Assembly: GCA_973895155.1 (NCBI GenBank)
Contig: OZ316891.1
Coordinates: forward strand, 2,865,801 to 2,929,800
From: Marsupella aquatica
Taxonomy: Eukaryota > Plantae > Marchantiophyta
Direction: 5' to 3'
DNA length: 64,000 bases
In this document: one piece after another, positions 58,859-64,000 of the stretch
How the letters are laid out: every line of letters starts with the position of its first letter
Position numbering within the stretch: position 1 is the first letter of the stretch
The notes under the pieces: generated by a model
Seen by the model: only the letters and a program-made list of their open reading frames with translations
Told to the model about the DNA's origin: nothing
The model's database searches: none
Position numbers and translations under genes: made by a program

Positions 58859-61800
58859 TGTCACGTCGTCAGCCTAGGCCTTAACCCGTGCTTCGGCTTA
58901 GACAGTCACATCCTTCGTCAAAATGAGGGTTCGGGCAGGGAGGGATGCACGGAATGCACCTAACTTACATAAACTAGCGCTAAGTGCACCTATGGTCATA
59001 TACGGACACCTCCTAGGTATGATTTGTGTTCCGCTGCCGGAACGTACCTCAGTCGATAGGAGGATCAACCCCGGCTTACGGGCTTCTAAGCCTTCGTGTT
59101 GTCCGCCTTCGATCCGGATTTGATGGTATGGGTACTAAACCCGGGCTTGCAACCACTTACCCGCAAGCTGCACCCCGTGCACGACTTGGGTAGTGCGTTT
59201 GGCCAAGCGTTGGCACCTATACATGAGATTCACACATATACATACGCACAAGCATACAACCTCAATTTACACGAAGGAAATAGTAGGAAAGGATTTTACT
59301 ACATAGGAGACATATGCGTACACTTAGTTGACCTGAAAGCCCTGGAATGAACAGGTCCGAGGCCGAGGGTGTACACTACAATGGAGCCTGGCTTCGCACT
59401 TGCCCAGCGAGCTTAGTCCTACACCCTTCCCTTGGTACTCTTTCACTCCCAGAGGTTGGGACTCCCCGCACATACCGCGGATGTCCAACACTGAGACTAA
59501 AAATCCCACCCCCCGCCTCTATCGAGGGGTGCACTAAATACTAAGGGCCAAGGAATGGAGTGCCCTCGCGCCCGAAGATTCGCTAGCTAAGGTCCTAACT
59601 AAGCTGGCTATCAGGCCGGAAAATGGCTTGTCTTATTAGAAGATCCTAATCTACGCAGGTTGTACAGCATGGCAGTGCTGCTCTAACTAGGGCAGTTGCT
59701 TGTCCCTATAGCCTAATTGAGCTATTCCTAACTCTACTCTAATCCTACTCCGCCGCTAATGCCTGGCACGCTTGCTAGAGCCGCCTGAGTGGGAACGACT
59801 ATCCCGTTGCCTTCTGAGCCTGTCGGCGTCCTGCTTGAGTAGCTGGACCTGATCCAGCAAAGATTCATTTTCTCGCTTCCCCGCGTCTACGTCTTGCGCG
59901 GCCTCCTGGCATGCCTCCTCCAGTTGTTGGGTGTCGCTCGTCAGTTTGTCCACCAACTAGGCCTGTTTTGTGGCTTCTCCTTGAAGCCATGCCACCTCTG
60001 CCTTTAGGGCGTCAATCTCGGCTGTGTCCTACTGAGACCTGGAGTCAGCTTCCTCCAGATCCTTTTGCCAACTGACGGCTTGCCCCTGCAAACCGTCAAT
60101 CTTGGTTCGGAGCCGCGCAATCTTGGCGTCCTTTCTAAGCCTGGCCTGTACTTCCAATGCTACTTGGGCTCTAGCCTCGGCGACCTGGTCTTCCATGGCC
60201 GTTACCTGAGGCTGTAGTTGCTGGAGTTCAGCCTCCAAGGTTGCCACTTCGTCCTTTAGGTAGGCAGACTTAACCTGATATCGCTCTATTCTCTGCGCAT
60301 GTCCTGCCCTTACTACCGCAACCAACTCCTGGTTGAAGAAGTAGGCCACCCTCCGGGCCATGTATTCCCCGGTGTCCCGAGAGATTTTTTGTGAGAAATC
60401 TCCCAACAACCCGTTCAGAAATGTGCCCGACGCAAAGAGTTCTGGATGGTCTAGACTATGTCCTTCGGGATTCGGGCACGGGCAGACTCCAACCCGTGCA
60501 GAAGTAGGAGTGGACACATCCAGCCCTTGAGGTAAGTCGGTCGAAGGGGATGGTTCCACTGGAGGTGGGTGGTTCTCCTGCACAACCGCGGGGAGTAGAG
60601 GATCTCCCTGGCTACCGTGGCATCTGCTTCGGGTATGGCTTCATCCGGCCCAGCTTTGATGGCATTGTCCCGATTGATCACGTCTAAGGTCGCGATAACG
60701 TCAATGGATATGCTTGGCGGGTTGCGGGGCCAGAAAGCAGGACTTGCAACTCCTAGACTTTGGGCCTTGGGCTGCGGTCACCTTACCTGGGCTGGGAACA
60801 CCCATTTTGGCGGGGTCAGCTCGGGCTCATTGAGACGCGGGAGGCTCCGGCGGTCGAAACAAGCATACCACTTGAGGATGATTTTGACGTGGCTAGCAAA
60901 GTACGCCCTCCCACCAAGGTACAAAGTCTTCCTTCTTTGCTCCATCTCCTCGTGGAACTTCTTGACAAAGAAGGACGCCCACTTCCTGGGCCAAAAGTTC
61001 TCCACCTGAATGACCTGAGCCGCCGATATTTCTCCTCTAGGTTCCATCATGTGGAGGGCATACCGCTGGAACTCTAGGCGTTCTGCTACCTCCGGGATGA
61101 GGCACGTCCCCATTAAGAACCCATTGTCCACTACCCCTTTGGCCGGGAAGCTAGAGGACTGGTATTTAGCTCCCTTGCCCCCAAGAGTGCGTAACTCTAC
61201 CCGGTTTATCCCCTCGGGTAAGCCGAAAATCATCTTTAGGCGCGCCTCATCAAGACACATCACTCTCCCGTGCGCTTGGGTTTGTTGACGGGCCTCGTCA
61301 AAGTTCTGAATGAACTCCGTCATATCCTGCCAGTAATACCTGCTCCCGTTCCAAGGGAGAGAGGTGAGGTGCTCAAACCCCTGGGTCTTCAGATAGCATG
61401 CATGCTTGGGGTGGAGGATGTTCTTGTGAATGTTGTCCCCCATGCGATGCATGGTCAGCTTGGCTACCGCAACCGTGGCCAAAGGCAACCCGGATACGGC
61501 TGCGGGCTCCTTCCTCTTCCTACCCCGAGACTGATTCCCGGGGTGACTAGAATAAGGGGACATCTCTCCATCCTCTTGGTCAAGTGGTGGTAGGGCGACT
61601 GCCGTGAGTATTGGTGCCGGGGCGCTAGCGTTACCGTGTTATCCCCCTTGGGCTTGCTGGGGTGGTGTGGTGTTGTTTGTACCCCGCGGTCGTCGATTCA
61701 AAGGAGGGTGAGCCTCCTCGTCTTTGGAGCTAATATGTACCGCATTCACCACGGATCGTACTCGAAGAGGTGGTGGAACTGGTGGCGGGGACCGGCTTGG

Positions 61801-62824
61801 CTGAGGTCGAGGAGGTGTAGGTACGGGTACTGGCACGGGTTGGCCGGCACTGGTCATTGATGGCAGAGTTGCCATGAAGTTCTGCAAGTGCCGGTGGAGG
61901 TTTTCCGACGCAAGTGGAGATGGTCCTGTCGACCGGGTAGTGTTGAACTCGCCCTTGATGATAGCCCAAACCCGAGCGGGGATGTGATCAAAGTGGTGCC
62001 TCTGTAAGTCGATCGTGCCCGGAATATTGAAGACCTCGTCCAAAAGGCGAAGCAGTGCCTCCCAACAACCGATGTATTTGCCTCCGTCGAAGAAGTACCC
62101 TGATACCTCTTTGGGTCGGTAAAGCTCGCTCTGGGACGGGTACTCAAAGTTAAGGAGATAGTGGTGTTGTCCTGCTTGGCGGATGGCTCTCTTGTATTCG
62201 CGTTCGATCTTGTAATGGCGCGGGTTAGCATGTTTCAATGAGTCGGCCAAGTGTCCTCCGATAGACAGGAACTGAGTCTAGAATCATATGGCCGAACTGG
62301 AAAGGATCGTGTGTGACATTCAGAGGAGATAGCAGGTGACTAAGGAAAAGCGAGAGAGCTAGGATCGAAGTTGGCGCGTGGACTGGAGAGCTTGGTGCAC
62401 TGCAAAGGATCAACCCCCTTTTTATACCCTGAGAGCTCGTCGATCGCCCGACGCCTCCTCGTCGCTTATAGGTCGAGCCTTTCACGCTTGCAATGTACCG
62501 GCCCCTTCTCCAGTCCGGGTCAGCTCGTGTCAGTGGCCCTTTTCTCCAGTCCGGGTCCGGCTCCAGGTCAGTCAGTCCGGCTCCGGCTCCAGTCCGGGTC
62601 AGCTTGTGTCAGGGCCCATGACACGCTCGCAACCCGGGCGTGCAAATGGCGACCCGCCGCCAGCCCGAACATGGATTCCCCTTATTGACTAATGATTTCC
62701 TACTCATAATGGCTACCTAAGTACTGTTGTTATGCTAATAATAACGGCCTAAGATACCCCTAACCTGCGTGCTAAGCGTGGTTAGACCAAATTACTCATT
62801 ACCCGCTGTACAGGCGGCGTCACA
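58859..62824 (-). mobile_element. Solo LTR (3966 bp) of a diverged relative of the 4-kb-LTR Gypsy
   Basis: TGTGACG...CGTGACA ends on the minus strand, colinear with 16123-20130; perfect 5-bp TSD CCCCT (58854-58858, 62825-62829). Confidence 0.95.
59756..62319 (-). pseudogene. Decayed copy of the LTR-encoded ORF inside the solo LTR
   Basis: MSHTILSSSAI*F*TQFL...ADSLKHANPR...RSHSGGSSKRARH; several stops and frameshifts. Confidence 0.92.
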
Positions 62825-64000
62825 CCCCTTCTCTCCTTGGCCCCGGTAAAGGGGTTTTCCCTGGTAAGTTGGCTAAGGCCAACTTTGGAAGCAGTATTTT
62901 GTACTGGCCCCGTTGCCGCTGTCGTTCTCCTTTCCTTCTCCAGCAATTTCAGCAGATTCTGCATGCTGGTTGCTGCATGGGCAAGTCCTCCTTCCTCGGC
63001 CTAAACACTTGCTCGATTGTAGGACTGTCGGGCTGGGTCGGTTTCTCTATTGTCGGCCTTGGTTCCGGAACCTCCTCTGGTGATCTTGCCTGCAGGGGCA
63101 GTACCGGGGTGAATATCTGGCTTCGGGCATATCGGCACAATAGCGGCATGTGATAACCAAGCCGGGACACGCTTCCCATGCCAATCACCAGCTGTTCCTC
63201 CTTCAAGATCTTCTTTAGTTGGGTTAGGAGGTACCCATTGTAGTCTCGGCTTGGGTCTGGCCTCTCCGCCAGATAGACCTGTGCCTTGCCGATCTCTGCC
63301 CTCGGCAAGTTACAATGCATGGTCACCCACAAGAAATCAATCATTTCTCCTATGTGCGGGTTGGTGCAGGTATTTCGGAAGAAGCCATTCTTTGTTGATG
63401 GCCCTGGAAATGACCGGAACTCCTTGTCTGGCAAGGTCTTCCTGGTATCTACTTTGGTCTTATTGCCCATCGGCAAGCCAAACACTTTGGCAATCACCCG
63501 GGGAGTGAGATAGAAATCCTTCCCATACACCCTTGTGGAATTGGTCTCGGGCTCCCATGATCCCACAAATTCTAGTAAGTCTGAATCCGGCACCTCCAGC
63601 TTCAGCCATGGTAATTTTACGAATGCTTCCAAGCCGGATCTGGCCATGAAGCCCTGGTATTTCCGAGTCTACATAACCGTAAAGCATGCATCCTCTTCCC
63701 GCGCAAAGTGTAATTGCACCTCCTTGGGGAGGATCGCCGCCCAGCCTTTCCAGGTGTCATCTCTTGTTGGAACGACATTGACGGGGTCGACCTCCTCCTC
63801 TTTGGCTTCCGCCTGCCTCTGCTTCCCTACTCTGCTGGTTTCCTGGGTGCCGCCGACCTTGTTCTTTTCGCAGGGGTGGCTTCTTCATTGTTGTTCCCTT
63901 TCCTCTTCATAGCGGCTGCCATGGATGTTTCTCCTAGCACGGTTGCCTCCGTCCACCCCTCCGTGCCACCCTTCAAATCCCAGTGTATGTCGTTGCAGCG

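Larger units (their letters stand above)
57198..63922 (-). pseudogene. Distant paralogue of the LTR-encoded protein (same core, linker, coiled coil and basic tail), interrupted by a solo LTR
   Basis: GLEAFVKLPW, EFVGSWE, VYGKDFYLTPRVIAKVFGLPMG, NGFFRNTC and PRAEIGKAQV align with the LTR ORF core; frame continues across the solo LTR (KERRG|PEHEPG); coiled-coil pieces at 57198-58225. Confidence 0.75.

Overview
This window looks like land-plant, transposon-saturated chromatin (GT-AG introns, TTTAGGG telo-boxes, plant TE families; possibly a non-seed plant, but that is a guess). No ordinary host gene is evident. From 1 to about 42.9 kb is a five-level nest in which most junctions can be read from target-site duplications (TSDs): a decayed Sola-like transposase gene holds a Ty1/Copia element (minus strand); the Copia holds two solo LTRs; one solo LTR holds a CACTA element (1418-32493, 18-bp TIRs, ATG TSD) carrying EDM2-type PHD, tandem BRCT and F-box-like cargo; the CACTA holds a full-length Ty3/Gypsy element (16123-30214). 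Two things stand out. (1) The Gypsy has ~4-kb LTRs, each containing an intact ~880-aa ORF behind a TATA box. A diverged solo LTR of the same family (58859-62824) shows purifying selection on that ORF and sits inside a distant paralogue of it. (2) At 48-54.6 kb is a three-gene cassette: a pseudokinase, a RAG1/Transib-like (or Chapaev-like) DDE transposase, and a convergent intact three-exon gene with a possible BAH plus ubiquitin-like fold. This tail-to-tail layout recalls ProtoRAG. All family calls come from motif recognition by eye; no database search was run.
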